Assembly: GCA_027021705.1 (NCBI GenBank)
Contig: JALUTT010000002.1
Span: forward strand, 1 to 64,000
Length of the DNA stretch: 64,000 nucleotides
From: Anaerolineae bacterium
GTDB taxonomy: Bacteria; Chloroflexota; Anaerolineae; S140-20
Reading direction: 5' to 3'
Part shown: piece by piece, positions 45,286-55,557 of the stretch
Layout of the letters: the number at the start of each line of letters is the position of its first letter
Position numbering within the stretch: position 1 is the stretch's first letter
Made by a program: the position numbers and the translations under genes
Notes under the pieces: model-generated
Database searches by the model: none
Told to the model about the DNA's origin: nothing
The model's input: the letters and a program-made list of their open reading frames with translations, nothing else

Positions 45286-45575
45286 TCTTCTTCTCTCCAA
45301 TACTTCTTCACCTTGCTGGTGCGATAGACGGTCACCACCTCCGGTGGCTCACGATCAATGTCTACGAAAACCCTCAGCAGGTGCTCGCGTGGTGGTTTAC
45401 CCCATTCAACACGGGATTGGTAGACGACACGCCCCTCTCGCACGGGCAAGACTTGTTCTGGCATTGAGAGGGTCTTCATCACTTCCACCTCTTGGATTCT
45501 GCGTCGGGCCATTTGTTGGCGAGCGTGGTCGGTCAGCCGGTACCTTATGAGCGGTCTCGCAACATGCTTTTCCAT
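45282..45575 (-). CDS. DUF4258 protein (RelE-like putative toxin)
   Basis: LTDHARQQMARR...LRVFVD...VVTVY. Confidence 0.8.
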   Translation of the reverse strand: MEKHVARPLIRYRLTDHARQQMARRRIQEVEVMKTLSMPEQVLPVREGRVVYQSRVEWGKPPREHLLRVFVDIDREPPEVVTVYRTSKVKKYWREEE

Positions 45576-45582
45576 ACCACCT

Positions 45583-46173
45583 TCATAGCTGCCGTAGCGA
45601 TTCGAGGAAGGCCCGCAGGCGGCCCTGCTCGGCGTCGAAGCGGTCGGCCTCCGCCAGCAGGGTGGCGATGACCACCCGCTCGCCGTCCAGCCGGAGCGCC
45701 ACGTCGGCCCCCACAACGACGACGGGGAGCTGCTCCACGTAGGGGTTGTCGCCGGTATAGACAAAGGTGAAGGTGCGCCGCGTCGCCACCTGCCCTTGGA
45801 CCTCCACCAGGTCGGTCCGGAGGGGCTTGTAGGCGATGGCGGTCCGGCTTCGCTCCAGGGCCAGCCCCTCCAGGGCCAGCCGGAGGTCGGCCTCCGGGGC
45901 GAGGGGGCGGACGCGGAGCTCCAGCGTGGTGGGGAAGGTCCCGCCCATCGGATCGCGCACCCGGAGCAGGAGGGTGGTGTCGCTGCTGCGCCGCCAGCCG
46001 GCCGGATAGCGGACGCTGATGCCGGTGTTCGGGTCGCGGAACTCCGTTGTGCGGCTCAGCACCGAGGCCCGCAGGAACCATCCCAGGGCCAGTCCGATGA
46101 GGACCAGGCCGAGGACCAGCCAGTCGGCGTATCGGTCTCGATCTCCCGTGACGGGACGGAGGGTTGAAACCAT
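45583..46173 (-). CDS. Membrane-anchored hypothetical protein (PsbP/DcrB-like fold suspected)
   Basis: N-terminal TM helix, ISVRYPAGW, C-terminal FLESL. Confidence 0.6.
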   Translation of the reverse strand: MVSTLRPVTGDRDRYADWLVLGLVLIGLALGWFLRASVLSRTTEFRDPNTGISVRYPAGWRRSSDTTLLLRVRDPMGGTFPTTLELRVRPLAPEADLRLALEGLALERSRTAIAYKPLRTDLVEVQGQVATRRTFTFVYTGDNPYVEQLPVVVVGADVALRLDGERVVIATLLAEADRFDAEQGRLRAFLESLRQL

Positions 46174-46235
46174 CGTGGACTCCTTGCGATGCGAGGGCGC
46201 GGACGGAAGGCGTCAAGAGCCGGATGGGCCGGGGC

Positions 46236-47192
46236 TCATTGCTGTTGAGGGATGTCGGCCCCGGCGAGGGTCAGCCGGTTGGCCCGGCGCATCAGGTAGA
46301 AGAGCAGGCTGAAGGTGGCGGTGGCGACGATGGCGGCCAGGATCAGCCCCGGCCAGGGGTTGAAGCCGCCCCCTTGGAGGCTGAGGCCGGTGGTCGTCAG
46401 CTCCCCTCGCAGGTAGGTGAAGAGGCCGTTGAGGGTGGCGGCCAGGGCAACGCCGCCGGGCAGCCACCAGGTCGGCTCGACCTCGAACTTGGCCCGCCCC
46501 AGGAAGTAGCCGCTGATGCCGGAGAAGCTGGCCTGGGCCAGGGCGGTGACGACGATGCGGATGACGCCGGCCTTCAGGTCCACCCCGCCGCTGGAGAGGA
46601 CGTAGTGGACGTTGAGGACGGTGGCGAAGCCTAGGCCGGCCGCCGTCCCGTAGATCACCCCATCCACCCGCTCGTCGAACTCCGGCAGGGGGTAGACGGC
46701 GTAGCGGACGGCGGCGTACTTGAGGAACTCCTGGGTGAGGCCGATGACCAGGATGGAACCCAGGAGGGTGGTCAGGGGGTCGGCTCCCAGCCAGCGTTGC
46801 ACCTGGAAGAGGTCCTGGACCACCGGGATGGCCACAGCTTGGGCCAGCAGCCCGCCCAGGAGGAAGATACCCAGGACGTAGCTCTTGGGCTCCGGCTCCA
46901 GCCGGTCCTGGAGGTAGAAGAAGGCCATCCAGAGCAGGGCCGGCACCAGGGCCAGGAGGAGGCCGGCCAGGAGCAGGGGGGTGCCGGCGAGGGTGGGGTT
47001 CACCAGGTCCACCAGCAGGGCGACGAGCAGGACGAAGGCGATGAGGGCGGCGATCTGGAGGAAGCCGGCTTGCCAGAGGCTGCGGCGGTCCCGGGCGACC
47101 TTCGCATAGTGATCAGGGCAGTAGGGCCGGCCACCCAGCCGGGGGGCATCGGGACCGACGGGCCGGTGGCAGACGCAGCAGATCGTTTCCAT
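46236..47192 (-). CDS. PrsW-family intramembrane protease homologue with N-terminal Zn-binding motif; catalytic motifs degenerate
   Basis: D..EPEP, QEFLK, FDE.VDGVIYG...GLGFA. N-terminal CCVC...YCPDH. Confidence 0.8.
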   Translation of the reverse strand: METICCVCHRPVGPDAPRLGGRPYCPDHYAKVARDRRSLWQAGFLQIAALIAFVLLVALLVDLVNPTLAGTPLLLAGLLLALVPALLWMAFFYLQDRLEPEPKSYVLGIFLLGGLLAQAVAIPVVQDLFQVQRWLGADPLTTLLGSILVIGLTQEFLKYAAVRYAVYPLPEFDERVDGVIYGTAAGLGFATVLNVHYVLSSGGVDLKAGVIRIVVTALAQASFSGISGYFLGRAKFEVEPTWWLPGGVALAATLNGLFTYLRGELTTTGLSLQGGGFNPWPGLILAAIVATATFSLLFYLMRRANRLTLAGADIPQQQ

Positions 47193-47281
47193 ACTTTTCC
47201 CCCTCGTGCGGTCAGGACCGGGCGGTGATCCGTAGATGGGACGCGCTTCGTAGCCTATTGTATACCGCCTTCGTTCAAAAG

Positions 47282-48031
47282 TCAATCGTCCTCCGCGTTT
47301 CCGCTCAGCGATTCCTCCTCCAGCCAGTTGTACAGGCTCTGGGTCAGCATCGCCCGAACGATGGAGGTCCCGTTGTCGGCAGGAGGATGGGCTTCCAGGG
47401 CCCGCAGGAGGTTCTGGGCCACCTCGGGGCTCATCCCATAGCGTTGGATGTGGTCGGCGAAGGTATCCTTCACCACCTCTGGCAGGTCGGTGGCGGCCAG
47501 GAGTCCCAGGATCTCAACCTCCGAGGTGCGCAGGTGCAGCAGGCGGTAGCGCAGAGTACGGCGGATGGCAAAGCTCAAGCCCGATGCGTCCACTAGGATC
47601 AGCACCCAGAAGGTGCCGAGGATGAGCCCCAGGATGGTGGCGACGTAGACCGGGCGCAGCCACGGGTCCCGGCCCAGCCAGGGCAGGAGCGTGAAAAGGG
47701 CGAGGGGGATTGCCCGCACCAACCAGGCGATGAGGGCGGAGAAGCCGGCCACTATGAGCCCCAAGGTCGAGAAGAGCCCCCAGCGGGCGAGTTCCTGGCT
47801 CGGCGGGACGAGGGGGGGCAGGGGAGAAAGAGGGAGTTCTAGGACGGCGTCCAGGGCCACCACGGCCAGCCCCACCAGGGCGGCCGCGGCCATCCAGGTC
47901 CAGGGCACGCCGAGCAGCCTCCGGGCCTGGGTGGTCTGTCCCCAGTGCCACGTCAGCACGGTGCCCAGCAGCACGCCGAGCCACAGCACTCCTAGGAAAG
48001 CACGACGCAGCCAGAGCCACCCATAGGACAT
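47282..48031 (-). CDS. Hypothetical membrane protein
   Basis: About 4 TM helices plus a soluble C-terminal domain. Confidence 0.6.
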   Translation of the reverse strand: MSYGWLWLRRAFLGVLWLGVLLGTVLTWHWGQTTQARRLLGVPWTWMAAAALVGLAVVALDAVLELPLSPLPPLVPPSQELARWGLFSTLGLIVAGFSALIAWLVRAIPLALFTLLPWLGRDPWLRPVYVATILGLILGTFWVLILVDASGLSFAIRRTLRYRLLHLRTSEVEILGLLAATDLPEVVKDTFADHIQRYGMSPEVAQNLLRALEAHPPADNGTSIVRAMLTQSLYNWLEEESLSGNAEDD

Positions 48032-48143
48032 CTGATTTCCTCCGACGTGGGGCACACAGCCGTGCGCCCGTGCTCGGAACGATGGGATCGCTTGCGTTTC
48101 TGACCGCGGTGGGAATCCCGAGATCTAAGAAAGTTGCCAGAAG

Positions 48144-48172
48144 TTGACAAATCCGACTAAATGGGGGATAAT
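48144..48172 (+). promoter_or_regulatory. Sigma70-type promoter
   Basis: TTGACA-17nt-GATAAT. Confidence 0.65.
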
Positions 48173-48210
48173 TCTCTCTGTCTGACCAAAACTCTCTTGG
48201 ATGGACGGCT

Positions 48211-49023
48211 ATGAAGATCACACCCCCTATTCCCAAGGAACACGGTGCCTGGTTCATGCTGCTGGTGCCCCTGGCGCTGGGCACCGCCATCGCGCCCGTC
48301 CGCCACGGGCGGGTTGTCGTCTTCTTGATCGCCGCGTTGAGCTTCTTCCTGATGCGCTATCCCCTGGCCACGCTGATCAGGACGCGCCGGCGCCCCACGG
48401 CGAACCGGACGACGTTGATGCGTTGGGCTGCTTTCTATGGCAGCCTCAGCCTGCTGAGCGGCGGCTGGCTCGTCCTGGCCCACGGGCTGGTCTGGCTGAT
48501 GGCGATCGGGATCCTGGGTGGGCTGCTGCTCCTCTTCTACCTGGCGCTCGTCGCCCGCCGTCGGGAGATGACGGTCTACGGAGAACTGGCAGGCATCTTT
48601 GGCCTGGCTCTGGGCGCGCCGATGGCCTACTACGCCGCCAGCGGCCGGCTGGATACGACGGCCGCCGTCCTGGGACTGATCAACGCCCTCTACTTCGGCG
48701 GTTCTGTCTTCTACATCAAACTCAAGGTGCGCCAGCAGCCCCGTCTCCCCGCCCCCGACCGGATCGGTGAGCGGCTAGTCAAGGCCAAGGCCTGCCTGGC
48801 CTACCAGACGGCTGTGCTCACTATTGTGTTGGCCTTGGTGGCGCTGCGGCAGGCCCCGCTGCTTACCCCCCTCGCCTTCGTCCCGATGACCTTCAAGGTG
48901 CTCTACGGAGCCTGGCGCTGGCAGGATCGCAAATCCCTTAACCTGGTCCGCCTGGGCGTGGCCGAGATTGCTCACTCCCTAACCTTCGCAGTGCTGGTCA
49001 TCATCGCCTTCGGGAGATCGTGA
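48211..49023 (+). CDS. YwiC-like membrane protein
   Basis: PKEHGAW at the N-terminus and LGVAE near the C-terminus. Confidence 0.82.
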   Translation: MKITPPIPKEHGAWFMLLVPLALGTAIAPVRHGRVVVFLIAALSFFLMRYPLATLIRTRRRPTANRTTLMRWAAFYGSLSLLSGGWLVLAHGLVWLMAIGILGGLLLLFYLALVARRREMTVYGELAGIFGLALGAPMAYYAASGRLDTTAAVLGLINALYFGGSVFYIKLKVRQQPRLPAPDRIGERLVKAKACLAYQTAVLTIVLALVALRQAPLLTPLAFVPMTFKVLYGAWRWQDRKSLNLVRLGVAEIAHSLTFAVLVIIAFGRS

Positions 49024-50042
49024 TGGTCGGGCCGCACCGGCGCTACAACCCGCTGACGGGGGAGTGGGTCCTCGTCTCTCCCCAGCGGATACAGCGCCCC
49101 TGGCGGGGCCAGGTGGAGCCGTCTCCTCAGGAGGCGCGCCCTGCTTACGATCCCGACTGCTACCTCTGCCCCGGCAACGAACGGGCCGGCGGCCAGCGCA
49201 ACCCTCCTTATACCGATACCTTTGTCTTCGACAACGATTTCCCCGCCCTCCTGCCCGACGCCCCGCCCTTCCAGATGGACGAGCAGGGGCTGCTCATCGC
49301 CCGGCGCGAACGGGGCATCTGCCGTGTCCTCTGCTTCTCCCCTCGCCACGACCTGACGCTGGCGACGTTGTCCTCGTCTGCCCTCCTGCGCGTGGTAGAG
49401 ACCTGGATCGAGCAATATCGGGATCTGGGGGCGCGCCCCTTCATCCGCTACGTCCAGATCTTTGAGAACAAGGGAACGATGATGGGAGCCAGCAACCCCC
49501 ACCCTCACGGTCAGGTCTGGGGGGTGGAGCACCTACCCAACGAGCCGGCCAAGGAGTTGCGGGCCCAGCGAGTCTACCGGCGCTCTCACGGCTCCTGCCT
49601 CTTGTGCGACTATCGGGACCTGGAGGTACGGCTGGGGGAGCGGGTCGTCGGCCAGAACGATCACTTCCTCGTCATAGTCCCCTTCTGGGCCATCTGGCCC
49701 TTCGAGACGTTGCTGCTCAGCCGGCGGCACGTCGGCTCCCTGGCCGATCTGACCGAGGAGGAGCAGGCCGGGTTGGCCGACATCCTCCAGCAGCTCACCC
49801 GCTGCTACGATGCCCTTTTCCAAACTCCCTTCCCCTACTCGATGGGCTTTCATCAGCAGCCTACCGATGGGCACCCCTACCCGGCCTGGCACCTGCACGC
49901 CCACTTCTACCCTCCGCTGCTCCGCTCGGCGACCATTCGGAAGTTTATGGTCGGCTACGAAATGCTGGGGGAGCCCCAGCGGGATCTGACGCCGGAGGAG
50001 GCGGCCGGCCGGCTGCGGTCGGTCGCCGGCCGTCGTTTTTGA
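49020..50042 (+). CDS. galT: Galactose-1-phosphate uridylyltransferase
   Basis: [46 protein letters not shown]. Confidence 0.95.
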   Translation: MMVGPHRRYNPLTGEWVLVSPQRIQRPWRGQVEPSPQEARPAYDPDCYLCPGNERAGGQRNPPYTDTFVFDNDFPALLPDAPPFQMDEQGLLIARRERGICRVLCFSPRHDLTLATLSSSALLRVVETWIEQYRDLGARPFIRYVQIFENKGTMMGASNPHPHGQVWGVEHLPNEPAKELRAQRVYRRSHGSCLLCDYRDLEVRLGERVVGQNDHFLVIVPFWAIWPFETLLLSRRHVGSLADLTEEEQAGLADILQQLTRCYDALFQTPFPYSMGFHQQPTDGHPYPAWHLHAHFYPPLLRSATIRKFMVGYEMLGEPQRDLTPEEAAGRLRSVAGRRF

Positions 50043-50217
50043 AAACTCCCTTGAGCCATAATGGTCCCTAAAAGGCGCGACCGTTGGGAGAGGGCACCTC
50101 CCGACGGCCACTGACCCCCGCCACCGCTTGCACCGGAGGCAGGGGCTGAGAGGATTAGAGCGCGACCAAGGGGGACCGCCGATACGCTGGACATTGCACG
50201 GTATAGGGAGAGTTGCC

Positions 50218-50733
50218 GTGGGTACGTCTCTGGTAGAGAGGCCTGAGGAGTCCCTGGAACAGCAGGTAGGCCGGCTGCTCCGGGAGCGGGGGCTGACGCT
50301 GGCCCTGGCGGAAAGCTGCACCGGCGGGCTGCTGGGCCACCGCATCACCGAGGTGCCCGGCAGCTCCGCCTACTTCCTGGGCGGGATCGTCGCCTACAGC
50401 TACGAGGCCAAAGAGCGGCTGTTGGGGGTGCGTCACAACACCCTCTACGACCACGGCGCGGTCAGTGCCGAGACCGCCGTGGAGATGGCCCGGGGAGCCC
50501 GCCGAGCCCTGGGAGCCGACGTCGCCCTCGCCATCACCGGCATCGCCGGCCCCACCGGCGGCACGCCCGACAAGCCCATCGGCCTCACCTACGTCGCCCT
50601 CTCCGCCCGCGACCGGGAGGTGTGGGAGCGGCACGTTTGGAACCAGGACCGCAGCGGCAACAAGGCCCTCTCCGCCGAGGCGGCGCTGAAGCTCCTGCTC
50701 CGCTACCTGCGGGAGACTGCCGGGGCCGGCTGA
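50218..50733 (+). CDS. CinA C-terminal family (NMN deamidase PncC-like)
   Basis: AESCTGG, GSS.YF.GG, GAVS, TGIAGP. Confidence 0.88.
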   Translation: MGTSLVERPEESLEQQVGRLLRERGLTLALAESCTGGLLGHRITEVPGSSAYFLGGIVAYSYEAKERLLGVRHNTLYDHGAVSAETAVEMARGARRALGADVALAITGIAGPTGGTPDKPIGLTYVALSARDREVWERHVWNQDRSGNKALSAEAALKLLLRYLRETAGAG

Positions 50734-50745
50734 CCATCCCGCTCC

Positions 50746-51102
50746 CTACGCGCCCTCCTCCTCCTCGCCCACCAGGAGGTTGAGCACCAGGCTCACCAGG
50801 CTGACCAGCAGCGCCCCCCAAAAGGCAGCCCAGAACCCCTCCACGTAGAAGCCGGGCGTCAACCAGGCGGCCAGTCGGAAGAGCAGCGCGTTGATGACCA
50901 AGACGAAGAGCCCCAACGTCAGCAGCACCAGCGGACAGGTGAGGAGGATGAGTAGGGGGCGCAGGAGGGCATTGACCAGCCCCAGCACCAGGGCGACCAC
51001 GGCCAAGGAGAGGCCGTTGGTGGCGTAGACGCCGGGGATCAGTTGGGTCGCCACGAAGACGGCCAGGATGTTGATGACCCAGCGGATCAGCAGTTGTCGC
51101 AC
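50746..51102 (-). CDS. YvlD-like 4-TM 'phage holin family' membrane protein
   Basis: NALLRPLL..LT.P..LLTLGLF..VINA. Confidence 0.85.
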   Translation of the reverse strand: MRQLLIRWVINILAVFVATQLIPGVYATNGLSLAVVALVLGLVNALLRPLLILLTCPLVLLTLGLFVLVINALLFRLAAWLTPGFYVEGFWAAFWGALLVSLVSLVLNLLVGEEEEGA

Positions 51103-51111
51103 CGGCCCTCC

Positions 51112-51489
51112 TCACTCCACGAAGATCTCAACCCGCTCGCCATCCTCTTCATCAATCACGTCCACGATCTTCCCCTCGGCCCCGGAGCGGATCGCCTCCA
51201 TCACCTCTTCCAGGTCAATGTCGTTAGGGGCGAAGCGAGCGCCCATCCTGAGCCCCACGTTGATCAGCCCCCAGGGCAGGTTAATGTTGACCTTGGACCG
51301 GCCCGTGTCCAGGTCGGTCACCCGGACGCGGAACCAGCGGGGCTTCCTGCCCCGACCGCCCGGCCAGCGCTTTTCCCGACGGCGATCCTCCTCCCTCAGG
51401 GCTTCCAGCAACTGGGCTCCTTCCTCGGCGGTGATCTGGCCGCTTTCGATCATCTTCAGGATCTGCAACCGTTCTTCTGCTGTTGCCAT
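51112..51489 (-). CDS. SHOCT-like (YvlB/LiaX N-terminal) domain protein
   Basis: EERLQILKMIESGQITAEEGAQLL, then KVNINLP...VEIFVE. Confidence 0.8.
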   Translation of the reverse strand: MATAEERLQILKMIESGQITAEEGAQLLEALREEDRRREKRWPGGRGRKPRWFRVRVTDLDTGRSKVNINLPWGLINVGLRMGARFAPNDIDLEEVMEAIRSGAEGKIVDVIDEEDGERVEIFVE

Positions 51490-51575
51490 AGGATACCTCC
51501 TAATGGGCTGTATGAGCATCCCGACATCTTCACGCGCCGGTCTTGATGAGCCGCCGAGCGCCCCACGCTATCACC

Positions 51576-52814
51576 CTATCCCATAACCTCGATGGCGGCT
51601 CCTTTCTGAGATACCCCCACTCTCAGGGCCCATCCCATCGCCAGGCCCCCGGCCAGTGTCAGCCCTCCTGCCAGCAAAAAGACCTCTCGCAGTCCCAAGA
51701 GCCCACCCAACCAGCCGGCAGCTCCCATAGAGGTCAGGTTGGCTAGGGTGATCGCCATGTCCACCACCGATCCGGCCCGCCCTAGCATCCGCTGAGGGAT
51801 CTCCTGCTGCATCATAGTCTGCAATCCCGCATTCAGCGGCGGGATTGTCAGGCCGACGAAAGGGATGATCAGGAGCGCCGCGGAGTAGCCAGGGGCCATC
51901 CCGAAGAGGGCCACCGCGAGCCCCAGCAGGAACATCGCTGTGACTGAGACCCGCAGGGGGGAAAAGCGCTTCCCCAGAGTCCCCATCGCCAGCCCTCCCA
52001 GGAGCATCCCACCTCCCTGGGCTGCCTGGAGCCCTCCCAGCGCTTCCGGGGGTGCCTGAAAAGCGCGACGGAGGAAGGGGACGAAGAGCACGTTGACCGC
52101 TCCCAACCCCAGCATGGCCACACCCAGACCCAGGATGATCCCCTGAAGGAGGCGGCTCTGCAGGACGTACCGCACCCCTTCGGCTAGATCGTGCCAGGCC
52201 GGTCGCTGGAGGGCTTCCTTGGAGGCAGGGCGGGTGACCACCCCTCGGATGCTCAACACCAGCAAGGCCGAGACCAGGTAGCTGGCACCGTCCACCCCGA
52301 AAGCCACGCCTGTTCCCCAGCGGCCCACAACGATACCGGCCAGGATGGGACCGGAGAGGATCGCCACGGTTCGCCCCACCTGCATCCAACCGTTGGCGGA
52401 CATCAGGTCCTCCTCCGCCACCAAGGCGGGCAGGAGCGCACCACGGGCGGGGTAGAAGAGGACGCTGAAGGAGGAGATCGAGAAGGCGATCCCGAAGGCC
52501 CAGAACAGGTGACCGGGGTCTCGAAGCAAGAGGAAGGCGGGCACCAGGGCAGCACGGGCCAGATCGGAGACGACCATCACCCGACGTCGGTCCCAACGGT
52601 CCACCAACGTTCCTGCAAAGATGCCTAGGAGGAGCTGGGGGAGGGCGAAGGCGATCAGCACACCTCCCAGAGCGCGCGCCGAATCGCCTGGGTCTGTGAA
52701 GAAGCTGTCAATCCGCACCGCTAGGGCTAGAAAGGAAAAGGTATCCCCGGCCCCTGAGATCCACTGGGCCAGCCAAAGCAACAAGAAGTTCCGATTGCGC
52801 AGCATAGAGCTCAT
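51576..52814 (-). CDS. MFS transporter (DHA3/H+ antiporter-like)
   Basis: RNRNFLLLW, GTLVDRWDRRRVM, about 12 TM helices. Confidence 0.9.
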   Translation of the reverse strand: MSSMLRNRNFLLLWLAQWISGAGDTFSFLALAVRIDSFFTDPGDSARALGGVLIAFALPQLLLGIFAGTLVDRWDRRRVMVVSDLARAALVPAFLLLRDPGHLFWAFGIAFSISSFSVLFYPARGALLPALVAEEDLMSANGWMQVGRTVAILSGPILAGIVVGRWGTGVAFGVDGASYLVSALLVLSIRGVVTRPASKEALQRPAWHDLAEGVRYVLQSRLLQGIILGLGVAMLGLGAVNVLFVPFLRRAFQAPPEALGGLQAAQGGGMLLGGLAMGTLGKRFSPLRVSVTAMFLLGLAVALFGMAPGYSAALLIIPFVGLTIPPLNAGLQTMMQQEIPQRMLGRAGSVVDMAITLANLTSMGAAGWLGGLLGLREVFLLAGGLTLAGGLAMGWALRVGVSQKGAAIEVMG

Positions 52815-52820
52815 GACGTG

Positions 52821-53843
52821 CTACTCCCGGCTCAATACCAGGCGCATATGGATCAAGGTCTGGACCGCCTCGAAGCCGACCCCCTGCAGCAGGTCGAGCG
52901 CCAGCTGGTCTTCGTGGGAGAGGCGGGCGGTGATGGGGTGGCCAGGCGCCGAGGTCAGCACGGCCAGGCCCTGGGCGATCAGCGCGGCCTCCACCTGCCC
53001 TCGGACCGACGGGGCGACGAGGAGGCGGAGGCGATGGCTTGCCCGCCTCTGCCGACGCACCTCCACGCCCACCGCCGCCAGCAGGCGGTCCCCTTGCTCC
53101 CACAGCCACCAGGAGCGACGCCGTCCGCTCAGCCAATCCCCCAGCCGCTCCCAGAGGCCCAGCCGGTAGGGATCGGGACGGACGGGGGCCATCCAGGCCA
53201 GGCCGTCCGGCCAACTCTCTCGGGCCAGATGATAGATGTGGCGCTGATCCCCGGGACGGGCGGGGCGGAGCGGCTGTGATGGCGCGGGGAGGGTATCCGG
53301 GGGAGCGTCCGGCGGGCGTTGGAGGAAGATCACCCGCCCCTCCTCCTGGAAGCCCAGCCGCCGATAGAGGCGCAGGGCGGCCTCGTTGTTGGCCCGCACC
53401 TGGAGTCCCACCCACGCACCACCGTGCTGACGGGCAAAGGTGATGGCCGCTTCCATCAAGGCGGTGCCGATCCCCTGCCGTCGGTAGTCGGGGTGGACGG
53501 CCACGTTGCCGATCAACCAGCCCTGCCCGCCGGGACGAGGCAGGCCCGATCCGTAGGGGGGGAAGGGGCGGATGGAGGCGTTGCCCACGATCCGCCCCTC
53601 CTCGACCCAGACGAAGCCGGAGAGCACCCCCTCACCGGGGGGCACGACCTGGTTGGTCAGCCAGAGCAAGGGGGAGACCCAGGCCAGCCAACGCATCTCC
53701 CGCAACGCCCGCCGGCCGGCCTCGTCCAGTTCATCCCCAAAGGCCAAGGCGATCAGGTCGGCCACGGGCCGCAGGTCGGTGATGGCGCGAAAGGGACGAA
53801 TTCCGTCGGGGTTCCGACGTCCCCGAGCAGCCTGGGCGACCAT
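52821..53843 (-). CDS. Tandem GNAT acetyltransferase
   Basis: VAVHPDYRRQGIG and N..AL.LY.RLGF, plus a second degenerate GNAT domain. Confidence 0.85.
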   Translation of the reverse strand: MVAQAARGRRNPDGIRPFRAITDLRPVADLIALAFGDELDEAGRRALREMRWLAWVSPLLWLTNQVVPPGEGVLSGFVWVEEGRIVGNASIRPFPPYGSGLPRPGGQGWLIGNVAVHPDYRRQGIGTALMEAAITFARQHGGAWVGLQVRANNEAALRLYRRLGFQEEGRVIFLQRPPDAPPDTLPAPSQPLRPARPGDQRHIYHLARESWPDGLAWMAPVRPDPYRLGLWERLGDWLSGRRRSWWLWEQGDRLLAAVGVEVRRQRRASHRLRLLVAPSVRGQVEAALIAQGLAVLTSAPGHPITARLSHEDQLALDLLQGVGFEAVQTLIHMRLVLSRE

Positions 53844-53847
53844 CGGC

Positions 53848-55026
53848 CTACGATCCCATCGCCTCGAGGAGTCGGGCCGCTTCCTCGGCGCTCAGCTTGC
53901 CCGCCTCGACCATCCGCAGCACCATCAACCGTTCCTCCTCGGTGACCGGTTCCTCGTCCTGACGGATGCGCACATCCCGCTCCGGGGCGACGTCCTCCTC
54001 CCACCACCGCCACTGCCGCTGAGCTGCTCTGGCCCGGCGTCGGGCCGCCTTGGCCATCTTCCGGGCGTGGCGTTGGGCACGTCGGGCGGCCTTCTCCGCC
54101 TTGCGCCGCACCTTCCTGGCCTCCCAGCGACTCAACTGGGCCTGGATCAGCGCATCAATCTCGCTGAGTCGGGCGTCCAACTGGCGTCCGACCTCCGCCA
54201 TCACCCGCTCGATGGTCTCCTCGATCTCCTCTCCCAAAGTGACGCCGAAAGCGACACCCACGCCCTCGGTGGGGGGAGCGAGGAGCACATCCCCACCGGC
54301 CTGGACCTCCAGTGTCGCCTCACCCGTACCGATCCGACCAACCAGGCGATGGCGCTCCGGCTGTTGACGCTCCACGAAGGAGATCGCTTCGTCCTCGATG
54401 ATCTCGCCTTCTGCCTGCACCGTCACCTGGACGTTGCTCTCCTCGTCCAGGCGGAGGAGCGCATCGCCATCCACCTGGAAGCGATACGTCTTCCCAGCCG
54501 TCAACGGGGTGTGGAGCAAAAGGTCGCCTTCTACCTGCTCGACGGCAGCACCGCCTTCCAGGTCTCGGACCACCAGGTCCCCGGCGATCTGCTGGGCAGT
54601 CAGGAGCCCCTCCACCTGCTTGAGGATGACGTCGCCGAAGACCTGGCCCAGGGTCAGGTCTCCCTGGACCCGTCGGGCGTGGAGGTCCCCCTGCACCTCA
54701 TCGGCCGTCGTCGGCCCCACCTGCTTGAGGGTCAGGTCGCCGCGCACCTGGCGCAAGGCCAGCGGCCCCTCCAGACGACGCAGCGTCAGGTTTCCCTCGG
54801 CCCGTTCCACGGTCACCGTCGTTCCCTCGGGACAGACGACGGTGCAGCGGGCCTGGAGGCTCAGGGTGAAGGTCTCGCCCTCCCTGCTGACCTCCATCTC
54901 CATCGCATTCCCATAGAGCTTGACGACGATCTCCCGTTCCCCTTCCCCCCGAATGGTCAGGTCATCCTCGCTGTGAGCAATGGTCAGGTGGGGGCGAGCC
55001 GAAACTTCGAACCGCTGAACGTACAT
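53848..55026 (-). CDS. DUF4097 (toast-rack beta-repeat) protein with C-terminal SHOCT-like domain
   Basis: Repeated V.GDL units, a coiled coil, EERLMVLRMVEAGKLSAEEA. Confidence 0.8.
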   Translation of the reverse strand: MYVQRFEVSARPHLTIAHSEDDLTIRGEGEREIVVKLYGNAMEMEVSREGETFTLSLQARCTVVCPEGTTVTVERAEGNLTLRRLEGPLALRQVRGDLTLKQVGPTTADEVQGDLHARRVQGDLTLGQVFGDVILKQVEGLLTAQQIAGDLVVRDLEGGAAVEQVEGDLLLHTPLTAGKTYRFQVDGDALLRLDEESNVQVTVQAEGEIIEDEAISFVERQQPERHRLVGRIGTGEATLEVQAGGDVLLAPPTEGVGVAFGVTLGEEIEETIERVMAEVGRQLDARLSEIDALIQAQLSRWEARKVRRKAEKAARRAQRHARKMAKAARRRARAAQRQWRWWEEDVAPERDVRIRQDEEPVTEEERLMVLRMVEAGKLSAEEAARLLEAMGS

Positions 55027-55081
55027 CTTGCCCTCCTGTCTCGAATCCAGAGCCTGCTGTTGGCGGAGAACGGCTCACGCC

Positions 55082-55462
55082 TTACCGCTGGCGGAGGAGG
55101 TTCAACGCCTCCTGGGCTGTGATCTTGCCTTCCTGGAGCATCTGCAACACAGCCATCCTCTCCTCTTGAGGGGGCGGAGCACCCTCTTCCTCGGGGATCT
55201 CGTAGCCCAGGGCCCGGATCACCTCCCGCAGGCGGCTGCGGACGGTGGGGTAGGAGAGCCCCAGTTCTTCCTGTACCCGGTTCAGCTTCCCCTCGCAGCG
55301 GATGAAGGTCTCGATGAAGTGGAGCTGTTCGGGCGTAAGCTGGTGGAACCGTCCTAGGTCGAAGTGACCTTCGATGCTCGTGTCGCAGTTGCGGCAGTAA
55401 AGCCGGGTGACGATCAGGGTCTCCTGACAGACAGGACACCGACCGATGAGAGGGTACACCAT
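55082..55462 (-). CDS. DUF2089 Zn-ribbon/HTH regulator with SHOCT-like tail
   Basis: CPVC, CRNC, LGLSYPTVRSRL, GKITAQEAL. Confidence 0.88.
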   Translation of the reverse strand: MVYPLIGRCPVCQETLIVTRLYCRNCDTSIEGHFDLGRFHQLTPEQLHFIETFIRCEGKLNRVQEELGLSYPTVRSRLREVIRALGYEIPEEEGAPPPQEERMAVLQMLQEGKITAQEALNLLRQR

Positions 55463-55557
55463 GCAGCCTCCTTTCGCCTGCCAGGCCGGCCACCGGATGC
55501 GGCCTGGCTCCACGCCCTCAGCCCAGATGGGAACGTCTGGGGCTTCCGACCTGCAAG

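Noticed and set aside
50746..51102. Prophage (holin)
   Set aside because: It is a YvlD-type membrane protein in a stress operon, with no phage genes nearby.
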